From Clostridia bacterium (GTDB lineage: Bacteria > Bacillota > Clostridia > UMGS1883): a stretch of 56,415 nucleotides of DNA. Position 1 is the stretch's first letter. Each line of letters begins with the position of its first letter. The translations under genes were made by a program, and so were the position numbers. Shown here piece after piece: positions 48,092 through 56,415 of this stretch. The stretch is taken from contig JAFQLL010000094.1 in NCBI GenBank assembly GCA_017414645.1, positions 1 to 56,415 on the forward strand, read 5' to 3'. The notes beneath the pieces were generated by a model. It made no database searches and was not told the origin of the DNA. It saw only the letters and a list, made by a program, of their open reading frames with translations.

Positions 48092-48822
48092 GATTGCAAA
48101 AGTATATGGCGATGTGCGGTGTGGCATCAAGGCGTGCATCCGAAGAGATAATTTTAAAAGGCCGTGTGCAGGTTAACGGCGAAATAATTGACTACATGGG
48201 CTTTGAGGTTGACGAAGATAATGATGTTGTCGAAGTTGACGGTGTCGTTATAAAACCTGAAACAAAAAAGTATTACATTCTTCTTAACAAGCCTAAGGGT
48301 TATGTAACCACCGTAAGCGATGAGTTTGACAGACCAACGGTAATGGAGCTTGTGAGGGATGTTCACGCAAGAATTTACCCTGTAGGAAGGCTGGACTACG
48401 ATACAGCAGGGCTTCTTATAATGACAAACGATGGTGAATTTGCAAACGTACTCACGCACCCGTCCCATTCTGTTAATAAGGGCTATATCGCTCAGCTTAA
48501 CACAATGCCAGACCAGGAAAGTCTTAACACCTTAAGAAACGGTGTGCTTCTTGACGGTAAGCTTACTTCTCCTGCTAAAGTTGAAGTTTTAAAACCCGGT
48601 AAAAGAGGCGTTGAAATAAAAGTTACAATTCATGAAGGCAGAAATCGTCAGGTAAGAAGAATGTTTGAAGCAATAGGTGCTGAGGTTGTAAGCCTTAAGC
48701 GTATTTCTGTAGGTAATGTAACACTTGGCAATCTTCCCGAGGGAAAATGGCGCCATCTTAACGATGCGGAGCGTCAGAGACTTATGGGTAGAGGCAAGAA
48801 GAATACACCAAAGCGCAAATAA
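48088..48822 (+). CDS. rluB: 23S rRNA pseudouridine synthase RluB-type
   Basis: GTG start overlapping the dacB stop. S4 domain (MRLQKYMAMCGVASRR) and VGRLDYDTAGLLIMTNDG catalytic Asp motif. Confidence 0.9.
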   Translation: MRLQKYMAMCGVASRRASEEIILKGRVQVNGEIIDYMGFEVDEDNDVVEVDGVVIKPETKKYYILLNKPKGYVTTVSDEFDRPTVMELVRDVHARIYPVGRLDYDTAGLLIMTNDGEFANVLTHPSHSVNKGYIAQLNTMPDQESLNTLRNGVLLDGKLTSPAKVEVLKPGKRGVEIKVTIHEGRNRQVRRMFEAIGAEVVSLKRISVGNVTLGNLPEGKWRHLNDAERQRLMGRGKKNTPKRK

Positions 48823-48889
48823 TAATCCGGCGTTGCCGGGTGTTATATAAAAAAGTATATAATTTAATTTTTTTAGGAGGTATAGTAAA

Positions 48890-50383
48890 ATGAGCATGGA
48901 CGAAAAACTCGCAATGCGCAACGAAGCAAGAGAAAAGATTTCTCTTGGTGGCGGCGCAGAAAAGCAGAGCAAGGTAAAAAGCTCAGGTAAAATGCTTGCA
49001 GGCGAGAGAATAAAAGCTCTCTTCGACGATGGCAGTTTTATTGAACTTGATGCGTTTGTTTCTGCTCGCGGAAAAGAGACCGCAGCTGACGGCGTTGTAA
49101 CCGGTTACGGTACAATCGACGGCAGACTCACATTCGCTTATGCGCAAGACCCCACTGTTATTGGTGGTTGCATTGGTGAAATGCACGCAAAGAAGATTTG
49201 CAAAGTTTATGATATGGCAGCAAAAATGGGTGCACCCGTTGTTGCAATGCTTGATTCTAACGGCGCACGACTTGAGGAAGGGGTACTTGCCCAGGCTGCA
49301 GTTGGTGAAATTATGGCTGCCGTTGCTCGTATTTCCGGTGTTGTACCGAACATTTCTGTTGTTCTCGGTACATGCGCAGGTTCCAGCGCAATTATCGCAG
49401 AAATGAGCGATTTTGTTGTTATGAGCGAAAACGAAAGCTGCGAGCTTTTTGTAAACTCTCCTTCTGTTGTTACTGCAACAACAAACAAGGCTTATTCTGC
49501 AGATGCCAAGAGCGTAGCAGCTGTTTGTGGTAACGCTCATTTTACGGCTAAGGATGATGCTTTGGCAATTGAAACTGTAAAGCTTCTTTTAAGCTATCTT
49601 CCTTCAAACAATCTTTGTGACGCTCCTGAGCTTGAATGCATGGATGACCTTAACAGAACCAGCGACAATTTTATGGGCGTTGACGGCGAATATGATGTAA
49701 GAAGCCTTATTGCAGCAGTTGCTGATGATGGTGCTTTCATGGAAAGCCAGATTACATACGCTCGCGGTGCTGTTACAGGCTTTATCAGACTTAATGGTAC
49801 AACTGTTGGCGTTGTTGCTAACCAGGGCAATGAAGACGGTAGTGTTCTTTGCGGACAGGCTATTGAAAAAATGGCTCGCTTTGTACGTTTTTGTGATGCA
49901 TTCAATATTGCAATTCTCACATTTACAGATGTTGAAGGCTTCAAAGTAAGTGCCGATGAAGAAAACTGGGGTCTTGCAAGAAAGAGCGCAAGACTTATGT
50001 ACGCATTCACAGAAGCTACAGTACCCAAGGTAAATGTTGTTGTTAAGAAAGCTTACGGCGGTGCATATACTGCTATGAATTCCAAGCAGACAGGTGCCGA
50101 CATTGTGTTGGCTTTCCCCACAGCTTGTATTGCAGCCATTGCTCCCGAAGCAGGTGTTGGCGTGCTCTATTCTGACCGTCTTAAGGCAGGGGAGAACCGT
50201 GACATGCTCATTGCTGAATACAAGGCTGAAGTTGCTTCTCCTTATAATGCAGCTGCTATGGGTTATGTTGACGATGTTATCATTCCCGGTGAAACACGTC
50301 CGAGAGTTATTGCAGCCTTTGAAATGCTCAGAAGCAAGCGTGTAAGCGCTCCTTCCAGAAAGCATGACAACATGCCGCTTTAA
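48890..50383 (+). CDS. Acyl-CoA carboxyltransferase (methylmalonyl-CoA decarboxylase alpha / 12S-type subunit)
   Basis: Typical N-terminus (...GGGAEKQSKVKSSGKMLAGERIKALFDDGSFIELD) and the two crotonase-like halves of the MmdA/PccB family. Substrate is not determinable by eye. Confidence 0.8.
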   Translation: MSMDEKLAMRNEAREKISLGGGAEKQSKVKSSGKMLAGERIKALFDDGSFIELDAFVSARGKETAADGVVTGYGTIDGRLTFAYAQDPTVIGGCIGEMHAKKICKVYDMAAKMGAPVVAMLDSNGARLEEGVLAQAAVGEIMAAVARISGVVPNISVVLGTCAGSSAIIAEMSDFVVMSENESCELFVNSPSVVTATTNKAYSADAKSVAAVCGNAHFTAKDDALAIETVKLLLSYLPSNNLCDAPELECMDDLNRTSDNFMGVDGEYDVRSLIAAVADDGAFMESQITYARGAVTGFIRLNGTTVGVVANQGNEDGSVLCGQAIEKMARFVRFCDAFNIAILTFTDVEGFKVSADEENWGLARKSARLMYAFTEATVPKVNVVVKKAYGGAYTAMNSKQTGADIVLAFPTACIAAIAPEAGVGVLYSDRLKAGENRDMLIAEYKAEVASPYNAAAMGYVDDVIIPGETRPRVIAAFEMLRSKRVSAPSRKHDNMPL

Positions 50384-50397
50384 TTGGAGGGTTTTAT

Positions 50398-50778
50398 ATG
50401 AATATATATGATCTCAAAATAGCAGAGACTACTCCCGGTGAAATAATTGCAAACGGTGTTGTTATAACAATTGAAGGTATACTGGTTGTGTTTGCAATTC
50501 TGATACTTATCATGCTTACAATTTATGCCATGAGCCTTTTCTCGGGTAATAAAAAGCCAAAAACAAAGGCTGTTGAAAAAGCAACTGTAGTAGAAGCACC
50601 TGCTGAGGTTGTTGAAGAAACAACCGTTGATGAAGGCGAGCTTATTGCAGTTCTTACAGCGGCTGTTGCAGCTTGTATGGGTACAAGCACTGCAAGCGTT
50701 AATATCAGAAGCTACAAAAAGGTTTCTTCCGCTTGGGGCAATGCAGCAAAGCGCGAAGTTCTTGATAACAGATTTTAA
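50398..50778 (+). CDS. OadG-family Na+-decarboxylase small membrane subunit (gamma/delta)
   Basis: Single TM helix, Ala/Glu/Val-rich linker, [13 protein letters not shown] motif. Confidence 0.7.
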   Translation: MNIYDLKIAETTPGEIIANGVVITIEGILVVFAILILIMLTIYAMSLFSGNKKPKTKAVEKATVVEAPAEVVEETTVDEGELIAVLTAAVAACMGTSTASVNIRSYKKVSSAWGNAAKREVLDNRF

Positions 50779-50792
50779 GGAGGTACATATCA

Positions 50793-51155
50793 ATGAGAAA
50801 ATTTATTATAAACGTAAATGGTAATTCTTACGAAGTAGAGGTTGAAGAAGTAGGCGGTAGCACATCCGCTCCTTCTGTAGCACCTGTAGCACAGGTTTCC
50901 GCACCCGCTCAGGCACCCAAGAAGGCTGCTGCTCCCACAGGCGCAGGCGAACCCGTAAAGGCTCCTATGCCCGGTACAGTGCTCGACATTAAGGTTGCAA
51001 ACGGCGCAAAGGTTAACGAAGGTGATGTACTTGTTGTTCTGGAAGCTATGAAAATGGAAAACGATATCAAGGCTCCCAAGGCAGGTACAGTTACTGTTGT
51101 AACCTCTAAGGGCTCCAGCGTTAATACAGGCGATGTTTTAGTTACAATTGCGTAA
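50793..51155 (+). CDS. Biotin carboxyl carrier protein (1.3S-type biotinyl subunit)
   Basis: Ala/Pro-rich linker and VLEAMKMEN biotinylation motif. Confidence 0.9.
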   Translation: MRKFIINVNGNSYEVEVEEVGGSTSAPSVAPVAQVSAPAQAPKKAAAPTGAGEPVKAPMPGTVLDIKVANGAKVNEGDVLVVLEAMKMENDIKAPKAGTVTVVTSKGSSVNTGDVLVTIA

Positions 51156-51196
51156 TTTAACACAATAGATTAACGCAGAATGGAGTGTGAATACAA

Positions 51197-52459
51197 ATGT
51201 TTGATATGTTAGTTGACGGTTTAAGCAGCTTTGCTGTAAAAACCGGTATTGCTGAAATAGCAATGAACTTTACTGCAGGCGGTTGGAAAACACTCGTTAT
51301 GCTGGTTATTGCATGTGTACTTCTTTATTTAGCTATAGTTAAGAAGTTTGAACCGCTTTTACTTTTACCCATCGCATTCGGTATGCTTCTTGCAAACCTT
51401 CCCTTAGGCGGGGTAATGCATCCCGAATACTTTATTGACCCTGAGTATCTTTTAGAGGGTGGAAAACTTAATTTCAGTCTGATACTTAATAAGGGTGGTT
51501 TATTGGACCTTTTATACTTAGGTGTTAAGCTTGGTATTTATCCTCCGCTTATTTTCCTTGGTATAGGCTGTATGACAGACTTTGGTCCCCTCATTTCCAA
51601 CCCCAAGAGCATTCTTTTAGGTGCAGCAGCACAGCTTGGCGTATTTATTACATTCTTCTGTGCAGTGCTTCTTGGTGCATTTAGTCTCTTTGGTTTTGGT
51701 GCCGACGGCAATGTAGCTACAATCTTTAAGGAAGCAGCATCTATCGGTATTATCGGGGGTGCGGATGGTCCTACGGCAATTTTCGTTACTAAGACTCTTG
51801 CGCCCAGCCTTTTGTCTGCAATTGCGATTGCAGCATACAGCTACATGGCGCTTATTCCCATGATTCAGCCGCCCATTATGCGTGCGCTGACAACTAAAAA
51901 GGAAAGACAGATTGTTATGGAACAGCTTCGTCCCGTAACACAGAAGGAAAAAATTATTTTCCCTATCGCTGTTACACTTATTGTAGTTCTTCTGGTTCCT
52001 GATGCTGCCAGCCTTGTTGGTATGCTTATGCTTGGTAACCTTATTAAGGAATCCGGTGTGGCTGAACGTCTTTGCAAAACTGCACAGAACGAACTTATGA
52101 ATATCGTAACAATTTTCCTTGGAATTACTGTAGGCGCTACAGCAAAAGCCGATACGTTCCTTACAGGTAAAACTGTATTTATTATACTTCTCGGTCTGGT
52201 TGCCTTCGCAATCAGTACAGCAGGTGGTCTTTTGCTGGCAAAGCTTATGTGTAAGCTTACAGGCGGTAAGATTAACCCTCTTATCGGTTCTGCCGGTGTT
52301 AGTGCCGTTCCCATGGCTGCAAGAATGAGTCAGGTAGTTGGTCAGCAGGAAAACCCTGCAAACTTCCTTCTCATGCATGCTATGGGTCCCAACGTTGCAG
52401 GCGTTATCGGTAGTGCGGTTGCTGCAGGTGTATTCCTGGCAAACTTCACAGGTATTTAA
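51197..52459 (+). CDS. Na+-translocating decarboxylase beta subunit (OadB/MmdB/GcdB family)
   Basis: Polytopic membrane protein with IGIIGGADGPTAIF and GSAGVSAVPMAARM motifs. Confidence 0.85.
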   Translation: MFDMLVDGLSSFAVKTGIAEIAMNFTAGGWKTLVMLVIACVLLYLAIVKKFEPLLLLPIAFGMLLANLPLGGVMHPEYFIDPEYLLEGGKLNFSLILNKGGLLDLLYLGVKLGIYPPLIFLGIGCMTDFGPLISNPKSILLGAAAQLGVFITFFCAVLLGAFSLFGFGADGNVATIFKEAASIGIIGGADGPTAIFVTKTLAPSLLSAIAIAAYSYMALIPMIQPPIMRALTTKKERQIVMEQLRPVTQKEKIIFPIAVTLIVVLLVPDAASLVGMLMLGNLIKESGVAERLCKTAQNELMNIVTIFLGITVGATAKADTFLTGKTVFIILLGLVAFAISTAGGLLLAKLMCKLTGGKINPLIGSAGVSAVPMAARMSQVVGQQENPANFLLMHAMGPNVAGVIGSAVAAGVFLANFTGI

Positions 52460-52470
52460 TTAGGAGGTAA

Positions 52471-53868
52471 ATGAAAATGGTAAAAATAACTGAAACAGTC
52501 CTCCGTGATGCTCACCAGTCACTTATTGCTACAAGAATGACAACAGAGCAGATCTTAGGTATTGTAGAAAAACTCGATAAAATTGGTTATCATTCATTAG
52601 AAGCGTGGGGAGGAGCAACCTTTGACTCTTGTCTCCGTTTCCTTAATGAAGACCCCTGGGAAAGACTCAGAAAGATTAAGGACAAGGCAAAGAACACACC
52701 TCTTCAGATGCTTTTCCGCGGTCAGAACATTTTAGGCTACCGTCACTATGCAGACGACGTTGTTGAATATTTTGTTCAGAAGTCCATTGCAAACGGTATC
52801 GATATTTTAAGAATTTTCGATGCTCTTAACGATGTAAGAAACTTCGAAACAGCTATCAAGGCAACAATTAAGGAAAAAGGTCATGTTCAGGCAGCTATCA
52901 GCTATACATTGAGCGATTTCCACACAAACGAGTCCTTCATTAAGCTTGCTAAGCAGCTTGAAGATATGGGTGCTAACTCTATCTGTATTAAGGACATGGC
53001 AGGTCTTCTCACACCTTATGTTGCATACGAGCTCGTTTCCGGCATGAAGCAGGCAGTTAAAATTCCTATTCAGCTTCACACACACTACACAAGCGGTGTT
53101 GCTTCAATGACATATCTTAAGGCTATTGAAGCAGGCATTGATGTTGTTGACTGTGCAATGAGCCCCTTGGCATTGGGTACAAGCCAGCCTCCCACAGAAA
53201 GCTTGGTTGCTACTCTTAAGGGCACACAGTATGACACAGGCTACGACCTTAATAAGCTTTCCGAAATTGCGGATTATTTCCGTCCTCTTCGTGAAGAATA
53301 CCTTAAGAGTGGTCTTCTTGACCCCAAGGCGTTAAGTGTTGATGCTAATACTCTTAAGTACCAGGTTCCCGGCGGTATGCTTTCTAACCTTATTTCTCAG
53401 CTTAAGCAGCAGGGTAAGGAAGATAAGTATGAGGAAGTTCTTAACGAAGTTCCCAGAGTACGTGCCGATGCAGGTTATCCGCCTCTTGTAACACCTACTA
53501 GCCAGATTGTTGGTACACAGGCTGTTCTCAACGTAATCACAGGCGAAAGATATAAGATGACAACAAAGGAATTCCGCGCAATGGTACGTGGCGAATATGG
53601 TACAACACCCGCGCCCATTTCTGACGAATTCCGTAAGATGATTATCGGCGATGCAGACGTTATCGACTGCAGACCTGCAGACTTAATTCCCAATGAGCTG
53701 GACAAGTTCAGAGGCGAAATTTCTGAATATATTGAACAGGATGAGGACGTGCTTTCTTACGCACTCTTTGACCAGGTTGCAACAAAGTACTTCAAGTACC
53801 GCCAGGGACAGAAGTATAAGATTGACCCAAACCTTGCAAATAAGGAAGAAAAAACACATCCCATCTGA
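52471..53868 (+). CDS. Oxaloacetate decarboxylase alpha / transcarboxylase 5S-type carboxyltransferase, no biotinyl domain
   Basis: ITETVLRDAHQSL, CIKDMAGLL and LHTHYTSG motifs of the pyruvate carboxyltransferase (HMGL-like) domain. Ends without an AMKM domain. Confidence 0.85.
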   Translation: MKMVKITETVLRDAHQSLIATRMTTEQILGIVEKLDKIGYHSLEAWGGATFDSCLRFLNEDPWERLRKIKDKAKNTPLQMLFRGQNILGYRHYADDVVEYFVQKSIANGIDILRIFDALNDVRNFETAIKATIKEKGHVQAAISYTLSDFHTNESFIKLAKQLEDMGANSICIKDMAGLLTPYVAYELVSGMKQAVKIPIQLHTHYTSGVASMTYLKAIEAGIDVVDCAMSPLALGTSQPPTESLVATLKGTQYDTGYDLNKLSEIADYFRPLREEYLKSGLLDPKALSVDANTLKYQVPGGMLSNLISQLKQQGKEDKYEEVLNEVPRVRADAGYPPLVTPTSQIVGTQAVLNVITGERYKMTTKEFRAMVRGEYGTTPAPISDEFRKMIIGDADVIDCRPADLIPNELDKFRGEISEYIEQDEDVLSYALFDQVATKYFKYRQGQKYKIDPNLANKEEKTHPI

Positions 53869-53886
53869 GTTAAAATTTAACAAAAA

Positions 53887-53917
53887 TGCCCGATACTTTG
53901 CTATCGGGCAATTTGTT
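53887..53917 (+). terminator. Rho-independent terminator after the decarboxylase cluster
   Basis: TGCCCGATA / TATCGGGCA 9-bp stem followed by ATTTGTT. It lies inside the 5' extension of ORF 53886..55178, which argues for the 53937 start of that gene. Confidence 0.7.
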
Positions 53918-53936
53918 AGTTAAAGAAGGTTTTATT

Positions 53937-55178
53937 ATGCTTAATATTGACGAAAGAATAATTAAATTAGCACAAGAGGTTGAATGTGAAATTGCGCCTC
54001 AGTTCAAAGAAATTGAAGAAATTGCACAGTTCAACCAGGAAAAGGTGCTTAATGCTTTTATAAAAAACAGGGTAAGCGATTCTCATTTCAACCATTCAAC
54101 AGGCTACGGCTATAATGATATAGGCAGGGAAGTGATAGATCAGATTTATGCCGACACCTTCGGCACTGAAGATGCTCTTGTACGCCATAATATCGTTAAT
54201 GGCACTCACGCTTTAGCAATTGCACTTTTTGCAGTGCTTCGCCCGGGGGACACACTTCTTGCTGTAACAGGTAAACCCTATGATACTCTCGAAGAAGCTA
54301 TCGGTATATCCGGCGACGGAAAAGGCGGTAGCTTAAAGGAATTTGGCGTAAATTACCGTCAGGCTGACTTGAAAGACAATAAGCCCGACTTTGAAAAAAT
54401 AAAAAAAGAGCTTACAGCAGATGTAAAATGCTGTATTATTCAGCGCAGTAAAGGTTACGACTGGCGTGATACTCTTTCAAGCAAGGAAATAGGGGAGTTA
54501 ATAGCCTTTATTAAGTCTGTTAAGCCCGATGCAATTTGCATGGTTGACAACTGCTACGGCGAATTTGTAGAACGCGACGAGCCCAGCAATTACGGTGCAG
54601 ATATGATAGTGGGCTCCCTTATAAAGAACGTAGGCGGTGGCTTAGCACAGTCAGGCGGTTATATTGCAGGCACAAAAGAGTGTGTAGAGCTTGCTGCATA
54701 CAGACAGACAAGCCCCGGTATAGGCAAAGAATGTGGCGCGACCTTAGGTCAGAACAGACACATTTTACAGGGCTTTTTCATGGCTCCGCACATTGTTTCT
54801 CAGGCTGTTAAAACCGCTGTATTTTGTGGCGCTATGATGGAAAAGCTTGGTTTTGAGGTTAATCCTGTATCGAATGGGAAGAGAAGCGATATTATTCAAT
54901 CCATTAAATTTAACGATGCCGAAAAGCTCATTAAATTCTGCCAGGCAATACAGATGGCTTCGCCTGTAGACAGCTACGTAACACCTGAGCCTTGGGACAT
55001 GCCGGGCTATAATCATCAGGTTATAATGGCAGCAGGAACATTTGTATCGGGTGCAAGCATAGAAATCAGTGCCGATGCACCTATAAAGCCTCCGTACGTT
55101 GGATATCTTCAGGGTGGACTCACTTACGAAAGCGGAAAATTGGCGGTTATGCTTGCTGCATCCGCATTGATTAATTAA
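53937..55178 (+). CDS. YnbB-like PLP-dependent enzyme (methionine gamma-lyase family / aluminium resistance protein family)
   Basis: ATG at 53937 after AAGAAGG. Pattern HFNHSTGYGYNDIGRE...ALVRHNIVNGTHA...SLIKNVGGGLA. Confidence 0.75.
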   Translation: MLNIDERIIKLAQEVECEIAPQFKEIEEIAQFNQEKVLNAFIKNRVSDSHFNHSTGYGYNDIGREVIDQIYADTFGTEDALVRHNIVNGTHALAIALFAVLRPGDTLLAVTGKPYDTLEEAIGISGDGKGGSLKEFGVNYRQADLKDNKPDFEKIKKELTADVKCCIIQRSKGYDWRDTLSSKEIGELIAFIKSVKPDAICMVDNCYGEFVERDEPSNYGADMIVGSLIKNVGGGLAQSGGYIAGTKECVELAAYRQTSPGIGKECGATLGQNRHILQGFFMAPHIVSQAVKTAVFCGAMMEKLGFEVNPVSNGKRSDIIQSIKFNDAEKLIKFCQAIQMASPVDSYVTPEPWDMPGYNHQVIMAAGTFVSGASIEISADAPIKPPYVGYLQGGLTYESGKLAVMLAASALIN

Positions 55179-55209
55179 GAGGGAGCATGGGCTAAATACA
55201 AATCCACAG

Positions 55210-55269
55210 TTGACAAGTCGCAGATTTAATGATATACTTAATTCAACAAAATAAAAATTTTGTTGAATT
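55210..55269 (+). promoter_or_regulatory. Putative promoter plus a 13-bp perfect inverted repeat upstream of the xerC-like gene
   Basis: TTGACA (55210-55215), 17-nt spacer, TATACT (55233-55238). It is followed directly by AATTCAACAAAAT-AAAA-ATTTTGTTGAATT (55240-55269). Confidence 0.5.
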
Positions 55270-55289
55270 GGGAATAGGAGGAAAGGTTT

Positions 55290-56276
55290 ATGAAAGTACA
55301 TGCTGAATACGCGGATATTCCTGCGTTTGCAAGGCGTTTTCTTGTGCATATGTCCAGCATTTCCGGCAAGTCTGATAAAACTGTTCACGAATATTATTAT
55401 GACTTAAGAACTTTTTTCAGATTTTTTATGTGTTATTTAAATAAAGCTTCCTTTGATGATTTTGATACATTGGATACATCATCTTTTTCTTTAACAGATT
55501 TAAAGAAACTTACAACAGATGATTTGTACGAGTTTCTTATGTACATCAGAAATTCACGTGATAATTACCAGAATGCTACTGCTCGCAAAATTTCCTGCTT
55601 AAAATCATTCTATAACTATATGACGGTTAAATCACACCAGCTTGACTTAAATGTTGCAAAAGACCTCGAATCGCCTAAAATTCCTAAAAAATTGCCCAGA
55701 TATTTAACTTTAGACGAATCTGTACGTCTTTTAAATGCTGTTGATGGCGAATTCGCAGTACGCGATTATGCCATAATTACGCTGTTTTTAAACTGTGGCA
55801 TGCGTCTTAGCGAGCTTGTTGGTATAAATATGCATGATATGCAAGAAAAAAGCATATTTATACGTGGCAAAGGTAACAAAGAACGAAAAGTTTACCTTAA
55901 TGATGCCTGTATAGATGCACTTAACGATTATCTTGCTATAAGACCTCGTGACGGTGTAACAGATCGCGATGCATTGTTTTTAAGTAAGAGAAAATGCCGT
56001 ATTTCTAATAATATGGTATACAGAATGGTTAAAAAGAACATGCTTCGTGCAGGTCTGGACCCTGAAAAATATTCACCGCATAAGTTAAGACATACTGCAG
56101 CAACACTTATGTATGTTCATGGCGACGTGGATGTTCGTGCTCTGCAGGAAATTTTAGGTCATGAACAGCTCTCCACTACTCAGATTTATACTCACGTGGA
56201 CGAAAAACAGCTTCATGAAGCAATTGAACGCAATCCATTGGCCAACACAAAGAAAAAAAAGAAAGCAGCAGAATAA
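55290..56276 (+). CDS. xerC: Tyrosine recombinase XerC-like
   Basis: NCGMRLSELVGI (Arg) and HKLRHTAATLMYVHGDVDVRALQEILGHEQLSTTQIYTHV (canonical H-R-H-Y region). A role as a phage-type integrase cannot be excluded. Confidence 0.75.
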   Translation: MKVHAEYADIPAFARRFLVHMSSISGKSDKTVHEYYYDLRTFFRFFMCYLNKASFDDFDTLDTSSFSLTDLKKLTTDDLYEFLMYIRNSRDNYQNATARKISCLKSFYNYMTVKSHQLDLNVAKDLESPKIPKKLPRYLTLDESVRLLNAVDGEFAVRDYAIITLFLNCGMRLSELVGINMHDMQEKSIFIRGKGNKERKVYLNDACIDALNDYLAIRPRDGVTDRDALFLSKRKCRISNNMVYRMVKKNMLRAGLDPEKYSPHKLRHTAATLMYVHGDVDVRALQEILGHEQLSTTQIYTHVDEKQLHEAIERNPLANTKKKKKAAE

Positions 56277-56288
56277 TAAAAAAGTGTT

Positions 56289-56415
56289 TTAACACTTCAA
56301 CCCCCTCTTCCGTTTGCGGTGCCCTGTATCAACTTCGCTAATCCGCTCGTTGATGACAGACCGCGGCACAGCTCTGCGCATTCGCTCAATCATCCACCGG
56401 ATGCGCTCATGCTCG
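56289..56415 (-). CDS. 3' end of an unidentified minus-strand gene running off the window
   Basis: The reverse strand reads ...EHERIRWMIERMRRAVPRSVINERISEVDTGHRKRKRGLKC-stop (TAA at 56289-56291) with no stop back to the window edge. Visibly higher GC than the rest of the window. Confidence 0.4.
   Translation of the reverse strand, partial: EHERIRWMIERMRRAVPRSVINERISEVDTGHRKRKRGLKC

Noticed and set aside
4283-56276. The two tyrosine recombinases (4283 and 55290) as boundaries of a large integrated element.
   Set aside because: Everything between them is core metabolism, cell-division or sporulation genes in conserved Firmicute synteny (spoVG-glmU-prs-pth-mfd, scpA-scpB-ytfI-ytfJ). I noticed no flanking direct repeats. 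They fit the housekeeping XerD/XerC pair better.
1-56415. Search for tRNA, rRNA, CRISPR arrays, IS elements/transposases and known defence genes.
   Set aside because: I saw no T-loop (GGTTCGAATCC-like) cloverleaf candidates and no regularly spaced direct repeats. There are no transposase-like ORFs with terminal inverted repeats, and no restriction, Cas, abortive-infection or toxin-antitoxin-like proteins. This was a by-eye search only, so small ncRNAs could be missed.

Overview
A 56.4 kb chromosomal segment of a low-GC (~40%) endospore-forming Firmicute, probably Clostridia (Oscillospiraceae/Ruminococcaceae-like). The taxon is inferred from gene content: spoIIM, spoVG, ytfI/ytfJ, dacB and the conserved spoVG-glmU-prs-pth-mfd block. 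About 50 genes are tightly packed and mostly housekeeping. They include a CofE-like protein, aminotransferase, proC, spoIIM, xerD, dinB and a purE-M-N-(purO-like)-H-D operon. That operon runs without a terminator into a methyltransferase, a YfcE-type phosphoesterase, an intracellular GH51 arabinofuranosidase and comEC. Further genes are potABCD on the minus strand (with potC and potD fused), murC, a prsA-like PPIase, lysA, an M50 protease, scpAB, rluB, a biotin-dependent Na+-decarboxylase/transcarboxylase cluster, a ynbB-like PLP enzyme and a xerC-like recombinase. I found no tRNA/rRNA genes, CRISPR arrays, IS elements or recognisable defence genes. Three regions look accessory. (1) A BlaI/BlaR1-type module (17.76-21.4 kb) has an M56 protease gene that lacks its sensor half. 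It is followed by two paralogous-leader membrane proteins, one of which (M23 peptidase) is broken by a single in-frame TAG. (2) A ~1840-aa secreted multidomain heparinase II/III-like polysaccharide lyase lies convergent with a cytoplasmic clan-GH-A-like hydrolase that appears co-transcribed with murC. (3) A decarboxylase cluster encodes both 12S-type and 5S-type carboxyltransferases around one biotin carrier and the Na+-pump subunits. Nothing here is unambiguously a new system; the split BlaR1 module is my best candidate. All functional calls come from motif recognition by eye, with no database search.
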